Assembly: GCF_001194135.2 (NCBI RefSeq)
Contig: NC_068989.1
Coordinates: 94,526,983 to 94,590,982, forward strand
Reading direction: 5' to 3'
Origin: Octopus bimaculoides
Taxonomy: Eukaryota
Length of the DNA stretch: 64,000 bases
Shown here: piece by piece, positions 1 to 11,931 of the stretch
How the letters are laid out: every line of letters starts with the position of its first letter
Position numbering within the stretch: position 1 is the stretch's first letter
Notes under the pieces: generated by a model
What the model was told of the DNA's origin: nothing
What the model saw: only the letters and a program-made list of their open reading frames with translations
The model's database searches: none
Made by a program: the position numbers and the translations under genes

Positions 1-12
1 TAATAATAATAA

Positions 13-518
<506 letters not shown>

Positions 519-951
519 NNNNNNNNNNNNNNNNNNNNNNNNNNNNNNNNNNNNNNNNNNNNNNNNNNNNNNNNNNNNNNNNNNNNNNNNNNNNNNNNNN
601 NNNNNNNNNNNNNNNNNNNNNNNNNNNNNNNNNNNNNNNNNNNNNNNNNNNNNNNNNNNNNNNNNNNNNNNNNNNNNNNNNNNNNNNNNNNNNNNNNNNN
701 NNNNNNNNNNNNNNNNNNNNNNNNNNNNNNNNNNNNNNNNNNNNNNNNNNNNNNNNNNNNNNNNNNNNNNNNNNNNNNNNNNNNNNNNNNNNNNNNNNNN
801 NNNNNNNNNNNNNNNNNNNNNNNNNNNNNNNNNNNNNNNNNNNNNNNNNNNNNNNNNNNNNNNNNNNNNNNNNNNNNNNNNNNNNNNNNNNNNNNNNNNN
901 NNNNNNNNNNNNNNNNNNNNNNNNNNNNNNNNNNNNNNNNNNNNNNNNNNN

Positions 952-1240
952 GAATCTAAAAACAGAAACAATTCCTATCATAGTAGGTGCCTTAGGTATA
1001 ATAAAAAAATATTCAGACAAATACATAACAAAAACACCAGGACTTACAAATATATATAACATACAGAAAATTGCACTACTGGGTACTGCACACATTCTAC
1101 GCAAAACACTTTCAATACAGTAAACATAAGAGCACCACAGCAAACCACAGCACATACCCAAGGCGCACAGAGCTGCGCTCGGTAGTGAAGTGAAAGCACG
1201 TTATAAAAATAAAACTACTGAATAATAATAATAATAATAA
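952..1240 (+). mobile_element. 3' end of an R4/Dong-like non-LTR retrotransposon (restriction-like endonuclease type) with 3' UTR and (AAT)n tail
   Basis: 952-1123 encodes NLKTETIPIIVGALGIIKKYSDKYITKTPGLTNIYNIQKIALLGTAHILRKTLSIQ*, with the PIIVGALG and QKIALLGTAHILRK motifs of R4/Dong C-termini. About 100 bp of UTR then (AAT)n at 1221-1240. Dong elements are known to target (TAA)n. Confidence 0.85.
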
Positions 1241-3951
1241 CATCTATAGTTATAACATAAAGGCAAGTAAATTATTATATGAAAAAAAGCAGGTACTGCC
1301 TTGATTATTTTTGAAGTTAATAAAAGCTAGTTCACTTGTGAAACCCATAATACGAATGCTTTCCTTGCTATGTGGACAAATGTCTATTAATATCCGTTAT
1401 TGATTTACTGTTCCACACACACACTTGTAATTCAAGGAAAGAAACACAGACTGTTTATGGATCCACGTAGAAGAAATTAAAATATTAAATAAAAACAGAA
1501 AAGCCTACGTCGTTCTATTGATGCCACAAAGAACTTTTATAATTATTGATTCGCAACTACAAAAGAATCGTGTTTAATATCGATCTGTTATAATATTTCA
1601 GACAATCGATTTAATCAATAGACTAGTATCCCTTGTCAGATTCGAAGAAATCAAAGCAAGAACTGTGCCAGAAATTTCCCCGGTAGGTGTTTATCCCATG
1701 ACATCCGATTTGAAGTTAATGACATCTAATTTGATTACAGAGTCACTTCGTGGCCTCGTATTTTACGTTTATTTGTTTTTGTCCATCTTGACGGTGTTTT
1801 CATATTTGTGGATATGTTTAAGTATTTGCTACTTTAATTAATAGCCGATGCCATAATTATTCTGTGTTCTCTTAGCACAGCAAAATCATCCCTTTGCCAG
1901 CGATGTAAGTGAAATATTGAAAATGGATATCAAGAATGTTCAATGAGTAAAATGCCCAAAATAAGACAACGTTTGGCAAAATATATAGGTCGATCAATAC
2001 AACCATAGTATTGTGAAATATATGGAAACACATTCAAGAAAGAAAGATAAGGGAGGTCTATCCATAATCAAGTTGTTGGAGAATTAAAATCATGTCAAGA
2101 ACATATTGATCAATATGGTTTACATACAATTTCAAAAATAGATCATATCTCATTAATACACCAAGCAATTGACGGCGTCCAGCGCCCCGGGAGATAATTA
2201 TCATTTATATATTCATAATTGTTATTTAAAAGGAAAATTAATGTATAATAATTTCATTTGAATAGCAAGAAAGGAAAACTTTAATGTCCTTAAATTAATG
2301 AAACGTATGCTAATCTAGAAAAAGAAAAACACTGTTTTGATTAATTCTTAAACGATGAAATAACTTATAAGACATCACCACTAATTTTGGTTTTGCTATA
2401 ATGGAATTGTTTACCGTTATATGGAAGACATTCGAACATGTATGGCTACACTAAAACAATATATATCTTAGAGAGAAAATCATTGTCTGTATGGTGTTTG
2501 TTGATTTGTCTCTCAATGTGCAGAAAATATGTAGTTCCGGGGGAAAGCCTGGATTTCTTAATGAACGAAGTCCTTATCTGAGCCAAGTGGTAAAGTTGAT
2601 CCCATCATTAGAGAAGTGCATAACCTGGAAAAAGTGTCACTTAATATATCTGAACATAGTTGTTATTAAAGTAGCTGGTTTATTTACGAAATAGTTTCGA
2701 ATTGTGACGAAGACCCATTCATCATCCAGAAGTTTCAGAAAGTGATTATGAACTAGCAAGCACAATGCTGGCTCAGGTGAAGTTTTTTCAACCGTAGAAT
2801 AGTCGTGTTTACCAAGTTTACAGAGGCGTGCACTTTAAGCTGCAAACTAGTGAAAAATATTGAATTCATCCATGAAACGCTTCAGCTAAATATATAAATT
2901 CACTTGGAAAGACAAATCATATTCACATGAGAAAGCCTAAATACTTAGCAAGAAATAGATATCCAAGAAACGAAATTTCCGTTGGTTTCGAAATGTTCAA
3001 AGAATAGAGCAAAATGGAACATATCCAACGTACAAGTTTCTAATGATACGAGAAATTAGAATACACCCAATCCAGCAACAAGGATGTGGGGAAAATAAAC
3101 ACTAAGAAACATAACAGATATTTGCAGCAGGACTTCATTAACAGAGGACAGAAACCAGTAGAGGATATCACTTAATTTTCGATATCACTTAAATTTCGAT
3201 TAATCTCTGAGTAATTAGATTAATTTATGATTCAATGCCACATAAGCAGTCATCATCGAACATCCTTGTACTGTCTATGGTATGAGGAAATACATTATAA
3301 TTAAATCTACTACGATTGATATGTTATGCTACGAATGTTTTAAAATAGGATTCTGATATCACTCATATAAGATGTTTATATAATATATATATATATATGT
3401 ATATATATATTATTTTATTATATGTATTTATTTTCTCCTAGTAATAAATAACTCGGATAAAATGAATTGGTTAATAGATACCAGGGTAGCAAAGATCACA
3501 AAATAACTGTGGTGTGACTCCTGTTTATGAGGTAGAAACTCCTTGATATTTTGGGTATGTGAGTATATATAAATTTAAAGAATGGAGTAAACGCATATTA
3601 TAACTGCAGTTATAATATGCGTTTACTCCATTCTTTAAATTTATATATACATATATANNNNNNNNNNNNNNNNNNNNNNNNNNNNNNNNNNNNNNNNNNN
3701 NNNNNNNNNNNNNNNNNNNNNNNNNNNNNNNNNNNNNNNNNNNNNNNNNNNNNNNNNNNNNNNNNNNNNNNNNNNNNNNNNNNNNNNNNNNNNNNNNNNN
3801 NNNNNNNNNNNNNNNNNNNNNNNNNNNNNNNNNNNNNNNNNNNNNNNNNNNNNNNNNNNNNNNNNNNNNNNNNNNNNNNNNNNNNNNNNNNNNNNNNNNN
3901 NNNNNNNNNNNNNNNNNNNNNNNNNNNNNNNNNNNNNNNNNNNNNNNNNNN

Positions 3952-3994
<43 letters not shown>

Positions 3995-4615
3995 TTTTAT
4001 ACACACACACACTTCGGTATGCATTTTGCAGGCGAGCTCTGTTTCAATATGTGAATACTTGTTGACCTATAAGAAAACATAAACTCTTCGTAACACACAA
4101 CGAATGTAATTGATAGAAATAGACGCAATACATTCAATATAGAAACAGTTGTTTGATGTGTTTCAGAAGCAACACAGTAGGTAATATTTTGAACACTATT
4201 AATAAGAGTCATGTTTTTATAGATACCAATAATGCTTTCAGTAGTTCTCAGATTTACGCCAAAATTACCTTAATAGATTCTAGTTTATATGCACTCAAGA
4301 ATTTTTGGTTCGCTGTGATTTTATTACACCTACACGAATGGAATTTCGCGTCCTGGCTGTGATGTGCACAAAGGGCATTAGAAACTGTCTCCGGAGTATT
4401 TCGCTGATAAACATATTTTGCCGGCTTAATGTGTTGACTTTAAATCATCTTACCCAACATTCAGGTTCAAAGGTGTCTCACATCTTATAATACCTTGAAA
4501 ACCACCGTGCGGTGCAGTATGTGTTTTCTCAATGCATAATTTCCCATACTTATATTTTACTTGTATAAGTACGCGCACGTGTTTATAGACATTTTTGTAT
4601 ACGTATGTATGTATG

Positions 4616-4658
<43 letters not shown>

Positions 4659-4979
4659 NNNNNNNNNNNNNNNNNNNNNNNNNNNNNNNNNNNNNNNNNN
4701 NNNNNNNNNNNNNNNNNNNNNNNNNNNNNNNNNNNNNNNNNNNNNNNNNNNNNNNNNNNNNNNNNNNNNNNNNNNNNNNNNNNNNNNNNNNNNNNNNNNN
4801 NNNNNNNNNNNNNNNNNNNNNNNNNNNNNNNNNNNNNNNNNNNNNNNNNNNNNNNNNNNNNNNNNNNNNNNNNNNNNNNNNNNNNNNNNNNNNNNNNNNN
4901 NNNNNNNNNNNNNNNNNNNNNNNNNNNNNNNNNNNNNNNNNNNNNNNNNNNNNNNNNNNNNNNNNNNNNNNNNNNNNNN

Positions 4980-5029
<50 letters not shown>

Positions 5030-5221
5030 TACATACATACGTATATATATATATATATATACACATGTATACACACATATACACACACTCTCACACACAG
5101 ACATATATATATATTTACGTCCCCGTTAAGGTAATATCAAGAAAAATGTACTTCATGAAGAGATAAATGTTATTTAATGTACACAGCATACAGTCACGAG
5201 CAACTAATAGTTTCATGCACT

Positions 5222-5459
5222 GGAGATGTAGTCTAGGCAAGTTTTAATAACATGCTTGTGTGTACAAGCAATCTCCATATTCTGAGCACATGGCGTATAC
5301 AATTTACAAATTAGGACGTTGAAACGAGAGAAGACACGCGAACATGATTTCCCTTGTTCTAGTGTCCTGGTTTGTAAATTGTATAGAAATACCTTCAGAA
5401 CCTCAGGATTGATTGTCAACACAGGCTGTCTTAATAAGACTTGTCTTGACTACATTTCC
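5222..5459. mobile_element. Foldback/MITE-like palindromic element
   Basis: GAGATGTAGTCTAGGCAAGT vs revcomp of ACTTGTCTTGACTACATTTC; TATACAATTTACAAATTAGGAC vs revcomp of GTCCTGGTTTGTAAATTGTATA. Confidence 0.75.
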
Positions 5460-5557
5460 TTATTGTTAAGGACATTTCCTTACGGTTACGGACTACATTA
5501 GCTCGTAACTCTATGGTGCGTACATTAAACTATAGTAATAATGATAATAATAATAAT

Positions 5558-5677
5558 AGAAGAAGAAGAAGAAGAAGAAGAAGAAGAAGAAGAAGAAGAA
5601 GAAGAAGAAGAAGAAGAAGAAGAAGAAGAAGAAGAAGAAGAAGAAGAAGAAGAAGAAGAAGAAGAAGAAGAAGAAGA
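5558..5677. repeat. (AGA)n microsatellite, about 40 units
   Basis: Direct reading; source of the poly-R/poly-S/poly-L ORFs. Confidence 0.98.
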
Positions 5678-5795
5678 GTGTATAAAAATGTATACACGGT
5701 GAAAAGGGAAGTTAAAACCCAAACCACGAAAAGAAATATTATTCTTTAAGGTATGTTGCTTGTAAGCGAGCCGGATATCTAAATAAATAAAAATC
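5677..5795 (+). mobile_element. Isolated arm of the 6181-6512 palindromic element
   Basis: AGTGTATAAAAATGTATACACGG...GAAAAGGGAAGTTAAAACCCAAACCACGAAAAG...CTTGTAAGCGAGC...GATATCTAAATAAATA matches both arms of 6181-6512. Confidence 0.75.
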
Positions 5796-6180
5796 TCAGT
5801 TAACCCTGTACCCACGAGTTTCACTATTAATGATCAAATAAATAAATTAATTAGTCAATCAATGGATTAATTAACCATTCGCTATTCATCAGTAGAGTCG
5901 CTGGAAAATGCATGATTAGGAAAATATAATATGTACCGAAAAACACGAGGTAAAACACATGCGCATTTAGTTCCATGTTTATGATTCAAGAATTCAAATC
6001 AAATATCCTCAAGCGCCATGTCGTGTCAGCATAGTACAGCAGTGAATAAGTTCAACTGTATATTACCCGTCCGAAGAATCGTAATATTGAACTATATAAA
6101 CACCGGGTGAAAATTATTAAAAAATAATAATTTTTACTAGTGGTCAGCATGCGTAATAAAAGCCAAAAGACAAATATTTC

Positions 6181-6512
6181 TATATAACAGTGTATAACAA
6201 TTTATACATGGAGAGAAGACCACCATGTTGTCTTCTTACATGCTGAAAAGGTCAGTCCAAACACAAACCACGAAAAGAAAGAATATTCTTTAAGGCACGT
6301 TGCTTGTAAGTAGATGTAAATAAACAGAAAACATATATAAATACATATGAATACTGTATAAATACCGAGTATTTATTTAGATATCTGCTCACTTACATGC
6401 TCGCTTACAAGAAAATGTTTTTCGTAGTTTGGGTTTTAACTGCCCTTTTCAGCATGTAAGAAATCCACATGGTGGGTTTCTCCGTGTACACATTTTTATA
6501 CACTATTATATA
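6181..6512. mobile_element. MITE-like element with long imperfect terminal inverted repeats
   Basis: Left end TATATAACAGTGTATA vs revcomp of right end TATATAATAGTGTATA (15/16). The inverted similarity continues through CCACCATGT..TTCTTACATGCTGAAAAG and CAAACCACGAAAA. Confidence 0.75.
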
Positions 6513-6723
6513 AAGGTTATGGCGGCGGGGGGTATTGGAGTCAACCAAACTCTAAAGATACAGGTAATACCGAGTAAGTGCTGTATACCGACTAGTTTTG
6601 CCCCTGGCGTGTTTGCAACATGAGTGGGGAATATAACATGGGTCGCGTATTAGCGTGTGTATATATAAAAAAGAATAAGATAAAGCGACCCACCACATAA
6701 GTAGAATATATTTTATGCATAAA

Positions 6724-6772
6724 ATCTTACAGCTGTTTCAAGGAAAATTCAATGTATCCCTCCATCGGAGAC
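6724..6772 (-). ncRNA. Degenerate hammerhead ribozyme motif, CCGAUGA family (third copy)
   Basis: Minus strand GTCT-CCGATGG-AGGGATAC...TTCCTT-GAAAC-AGCT-GTA-AGAT. Homologous to 27439-27486, with A9 changed to G and helix II damaged. Confidence 0.6.
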
Positions 6773-7400
6773 GGTAATAGTAGAAGAATGGATTATTACA
6801 TCTATAAGTGGAGATTTGTAGTAAGAAGTGAGATAGAATGATTCAATTCAATATAACAGTTTTTGTGATTTAATATCAGCTGGTAATTGCAGAGTTTTTT
6901 TTACATATTATACACATTTTTGCATTAATATGAACCGACACTAGCAGTATACCTGCTCATCTTCAGGCGAGTGGCTTCCAAAGCAATGCTTCCATTCACA
7001 TACAAGACTGAATGTTTGTGTGTGTCTGTGTGTATCTAATTTTGTATGTACGTATGCATGTATATATGCATGTATGCATGTATGTGTGCATGTATGCTTG
7101 TCTGTATGCATGTATGTATATATGTATGTATGCATATATGTATGTATGCATATATGTATGTATGCGTGTATGTATATATTTGTATGTGTATGTGCTTGTA
7201 CTTTTGAGGGCGTGCTTGTGCGTGTGCGCTTTGCATGTGTCTACGTATATCTTCCGGTATATGGTTTTGGACATAAATGCACAACTTACTCAAGCAGTGT
7301 TCCAGAATATCGTATACATAAACAACTACTGCCCCACATGAAATTACCTTTAAATGATAAGACGTTGTCCCAGGAATAACGAACAAGCTGCTGGCTTGTT

Positions 7401-7449
7401 GATGTTGATGATGATGATGATGATTATGATGATGATGATGATGATGATT

Positions 7450-7495
<46 letters not shown>
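7401..7495. repeat. (GAT)n microsatellite
   Basis: Direct reading. Confidence 0.97.
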
Positions 7496-7496
<1 letters not shown>

Positions 7497-8668
7497 TTCC
7501 TCGTCAGTATTGTTCAATTAAACGATCACAATTTCTTCAAGTCTTCATATCCAATCATCAGCAGTGGTCGTTTCTCCTGTGTCCGAATATTCCAGTAAGT
7601 AAAAAGTAACCTTAATTCCAACGGATGATATACACGTGTACTGTGAGAAAATTAATTCGAAAGACTCACTAAAATGTGTTAATGTTTGCATTTCTCTATC
7701 TGTCTGTCTAAATTCCCTCCAGTGTATACTTCTCAACGTTTACATTTTGTGTTAGTTTGATTTACTTACCCAAATATTCGTGCAAAACCTATATTAAAAA
7801 GCCAGTATTTGTTAATATTTATTTAGAGGAGATTTATAATATTCGAGAAAGACACAGAGCTACACTGCAGATAACGTGTATAGTTATCGACATTTCCTGA
7901 TCTTTGATCCAAATTAAATATACGTAGTCGACATATCGAGAGAGATTTGCGATGAAAATTAACGATTACTAAATAAAATTGACATAAAATAAGGTATGAA
8001 AGCAACAAGTTTCATATGAAATAGATAGAATCATAGGTGAACATATCTAATGAAAACTGTTAATATGGAAATTCCTGCAGGCAGTATTAGATTTTATCAT
8101 GTTCGTTAATTGGAACAAGAAGGAATATGTAATATCTGAGCCATCGGCAAAAATAATTTAGTTTTCATTGATTAATTTTGCTCGTATATTCAAACACGCA
8201 CATGAAAATGTGAATCGATTATTTTCCATTAAAAACGGTATAATGCGTGAATAAATATATTCGGTGTGTGGAAGCAGGAAAATAAGAAGAGAAACACCAA
8301 CAGGTATGTAGAAAACCGACAATATCATATGTGTTGCTGAAGTATTACAGATTGAATACAAATTTATCTACGAGTTTTCCAGTTTATTTAATGCACTCTA
8401 AATTGCAAAATGCCCACATTTCAGGCACAGGCAAGCACACCCAGAAACACTAACACATGCACAAAGATTCACACACACACACATATACGTGCAGGGGATA
8501 TATATATATACATACATATATATATGACTTGCACACACCTATATACATATACAGATATGTATATACATATATATATATAAATCTATATGCATCTGTGTGT
8601 GTGTGTATATATACATATATTTATATATCTATATATAAATGTATGTATACGTTTTGCGTGTATATTAT

Positions 8669-8720
<52 letters not shown>

Positions 8721-8742
8721 GTGTGTGTGTGTNNNNNNNNNN

Positions 8743-8798
<56 letters not shown>

Positions 8799-9589
8799 CA
8801 TATATTGAAAGAGAGACAGACAGATACACAGAGATCATTCGGTAGATACACGTGTGCTTCAAAATTCTTGAGCTGTATTAAAAGCACAACGATATTTGAA
8901 CCCGCTAGAGGTATATGAAAAATATATTTACTTCAGCATATGTCACTGATATGGAAAGCCATATACTTATATCATTTACATCTACTAGAAAATAAGAAGC
9001 GACTAAATTAGAATTTATTTTAGGAACGTATGTAGGTGGTAGAACATATTTTGAAGAAATTGTTAACAGAATGAAATGTAATACTGTCAGAGAATGCAAT
9101 AATTAAATTACTTTCCTAGAATATTTTTCTGGGACCTGTATGCATGTAACGAGTATAAAAATTTGTGTTGGATACAGAGTTACATGTTTATGAGGTTAGT
9201 TATATTGGATATTGAAATGACGAAGATTTTAAATAACGATAAAAGAAATCTGATATAGCTTGCATGTGCCAAATGGCGTAATATTTTAGAGTAAGAAACT
9301 TTTTTCTTATATTAAAGTGATAATATCTTTTGACATTTGTGTTCTGCTTCACAAATCCGATGGAGCGTCCAACAAAATTGTTATATTTAGATACATTATT
9401 TTAAATTCTGCGTTCCATTTCTATCATGTTGTAAATTCCTTTTTTTCATTCAGGCTTCGATGAATTATAAATGACAGTGTTTGATTTTCTTGCCTATTCT
9501 CTTCCGAACAAGTCTTCCAGATGTATATGGCACGTGGAAGAAACTGACAGAACAGTATATTTAGTAGAATAATTACAGGGAAAGAAATC

Positions 9590-9805
9590 CTTGCAGTGTC
9601 TATTCAGGTTCTTTATTTTTGTGGGTCAAATCCTGACAAAATCAACTTTGCTTTTCATCCTTCAAGGTTCGATCAACTAAATACCAGTCCAGCACGGAGG
9701 TTGATAAAATCGTCTGCCCACTTGATTTGTTCGACTAAAACCCTTCAAGGTGGTGCTCCATCATGGCCACAGTCACATGTCTGAAACAAGTAAAAGGATA
9801 AAAGA
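9590..9805 (+). mobile_element. Diverged SINE: family-A-like body with family-B 3' tail
   Basis: GGGTCAAATCCTGACAAAATCAACTTTGCTTTTCATCCTTC (A-type body), then CTTCAAGGTGGTGCTCCATCATGGCCACAGTCACATGTCTGAAACAAGTAAAAGG (B-type tail). Confidence 0.65.
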
Positions 9806-10040
9806 AGAAAAGAAGAAAACAATAACGCGCACACTCCAATGTGCATAGAACAGGGAAACGCACGTTTATAAATAATATATTATCACGCTGCATTTCAATT
9901 ATAAATCGTTCGAATAATCTCAAACGTGAAACACATATAATGTATGTTAGCATCCAGAATATTACAGATGCTGAATAAATAAACACAATCTGGTTTGTGT
10001 TGATCGTTTTTCATAGAAAAATTTTACCGACCTGCAAATA

Positions 10041-10120
<80 letters not shown>

Positions 10121-10684
10121 CGTGTCGAATGCGAGCACTTACTTTTATGCGCACATGTGTGTGAGTCTGTATGTACGTAAAACCATTGATGACTATGTAT
10201 TTTATTAAGATGTGAATAAACCTCGTGTGTCTACAAGCCTGCAGTATCATACTAACATTACATAGGAGTATACAGCTTTAAAGTTATACTTACATCTTGT
10301 GAGATGTTCATTTGTCATCCTATCACCTGCAGTTACGACACATTTCATTTGGCCAGGAGACTGTCTGTCTAGCAAGAAAAACGGATACCACCAAACACAA
10401 GTCGCAGACTTTCTGTCACCATTCTCATCTAAACGGCTGAACTTGCAATGGGTAAACATTAGATAATATATGAGTGTGTACTTGTACGTCTGTATATGAA
10501 TGTATGTATGCCAAAGACAGGCTACAAAACTTCAGTTATATGTTTATTGAAAAGCTTAGATGACACTTGAAAATATATTTCTAATATAGCGTCGCTGAGA
10601 TCTAGATTTATTTGGTTGTACAAAATCATATCTTCATACACTCACGAACAACCACACATAGACATGTTCATATATATATAACCA

Positions 10685-10950
10685 ACAAGGACATCGAGAG
10701 GTAACGCAGTACGATCGTTTCAAGTTATTCCATTTAACTGAACAATCAATTTAAATGCAGAGCAATCCTCAGCTGTATAAAGACATAGAATTTAATTAAA
10801 TTAAAACAGATGGACACATAAGTATAATTTTACCTAAAATCTCCAAGAAGGTAAGGATATAGACAAAGAATATGCTGTAATGGTTGCATTGTTCAATTAA
10901 ATGGAGTTGCTTAAAACGATCGTACTGTATAACCTCTCGATATCCTTGTG
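10685..10950. mobile_element. MITE-like element with about 62-bp TIRs
   Basis: ACAAGGACATCGAGAGGTAACGCAGTACGATCGTTTCAAG...CCATTTAACTGAACAAT vs revcomp of 10888-10950 ACAAGGATATCGAGAGGTTATACAGTACGATCGTTTTAAG...CCATTTAATTGAACAAT. Confidence 0.8.
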
Positions 10951-11639
10951 GCTTATTTTGATTTTAATCACCTTATTTTGAAATTGTATGGATAATACCG
11001 TACTAAATTCTAGTACCTCAACTTAAGTACCATATTCATCTGAATATATATGTATATATANNNNNNNNNNNNNNNNNNNNNNNNNNNNNNNNNNNNNNNN
11101 NNNNNNNNNNNNNNNNNNNNNNNNNNNNNNNNNNNNNNNNNNNNNNNNNNNNNNNNNNNNNNNNNNNNNNNNNNNNNNNNNNNNNNNNNNNNNNNNNNNN
11201 NNNNNNNNNNNNNNNNNNNNNNNNNNNNNNNNNNNNNNNNNNNNNNNNNNNNNNNNNNNNNNNNNNNNNNNNNNNNNNNNNNNNNNNNNNNNNNNNNNNN
11301 NNNNNNNNNNNNNNNNNNNNNNNNNNNNNNNNNNNNNNNNNNNNNNNNNNNNNNNNNNNNNNNNNNNNNNNNNNNNNNNNNNNNNNNNNNNNNNNNNNNN
11401 NNNNNNNNNNNNNNNNNNNNNNNNNNNNNNNNNNNNNNNNNNNNNNNNNNNNNNNNNNNNNNNNNNNNNNNNNNNNNNNNNNNNNNNNNNNNNNNNNNNN
11501 NNNNNNNNNNNNNNNNNNNNNNNNNNNNNNNNNNNNNNNNNNNNNNNNNNNNNNNNNNNNNNNNNNNNNNNNNNNNNNNNNNNNNNNNNNNNNNNNNNNN
11601 NNNNNNNNNNNNNNCAATAGTGTATTGGTATATTGGATA

Positions 11640-11830
11640 TTTATTATCCGTTATATGGTTGCTTCACCTCTGCATTCGTTTATATATGGGAGAATATACG
11701 AAAAAACAACAACAGACGAGGACAGGTGGTGTAAATAACAAAAGGATGTATTAGTATGACGCTCGGGAATACGGAAAGTCTTTGACGTTTCGAGCTACGC
11801 TCTTCAACAGAATACATACAAGCGTAAATC
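11640..11830 (-). mobile_element. Probable Penelope-like terminal repeat fragment with a hammerhead-like motif (11779-11814)
   Basis: Minus strand CTGTTGA-A-GAGC-GTA-GCTC-GAAA-CG-TC-AAAGA: core-like heptamer, 4-bp helix II and the GAAACGTC motif typical of minimal hammerheads in Penelope-like elements. Helix I is weak. Confidence 0.5.
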
Positions 11831-11870
11831 GTTGTTTTCTGATCCTATTATTACATTGTTGACAACATTG

Positions 11871-11929
<59 letters not shown>
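11871..11929. repeat. (TAG)n microsatellite
   Basis: Direct reading. Confidence 0.97.

Positions 11930-11931
<2 letters not shown>

Noticed and set aside
2030-2130. RKDKGGLSI resembling the LINE GGLG motif
   Set aside because: Isolated short match with no flanking RT motifs.
6941-6967. Minus-strand CTGAAGA-TGAGCAG-GTATA-CTGCT hammerhead 5' half
   Set aside because: No GAAA or cleavage site follows; at most a relic.
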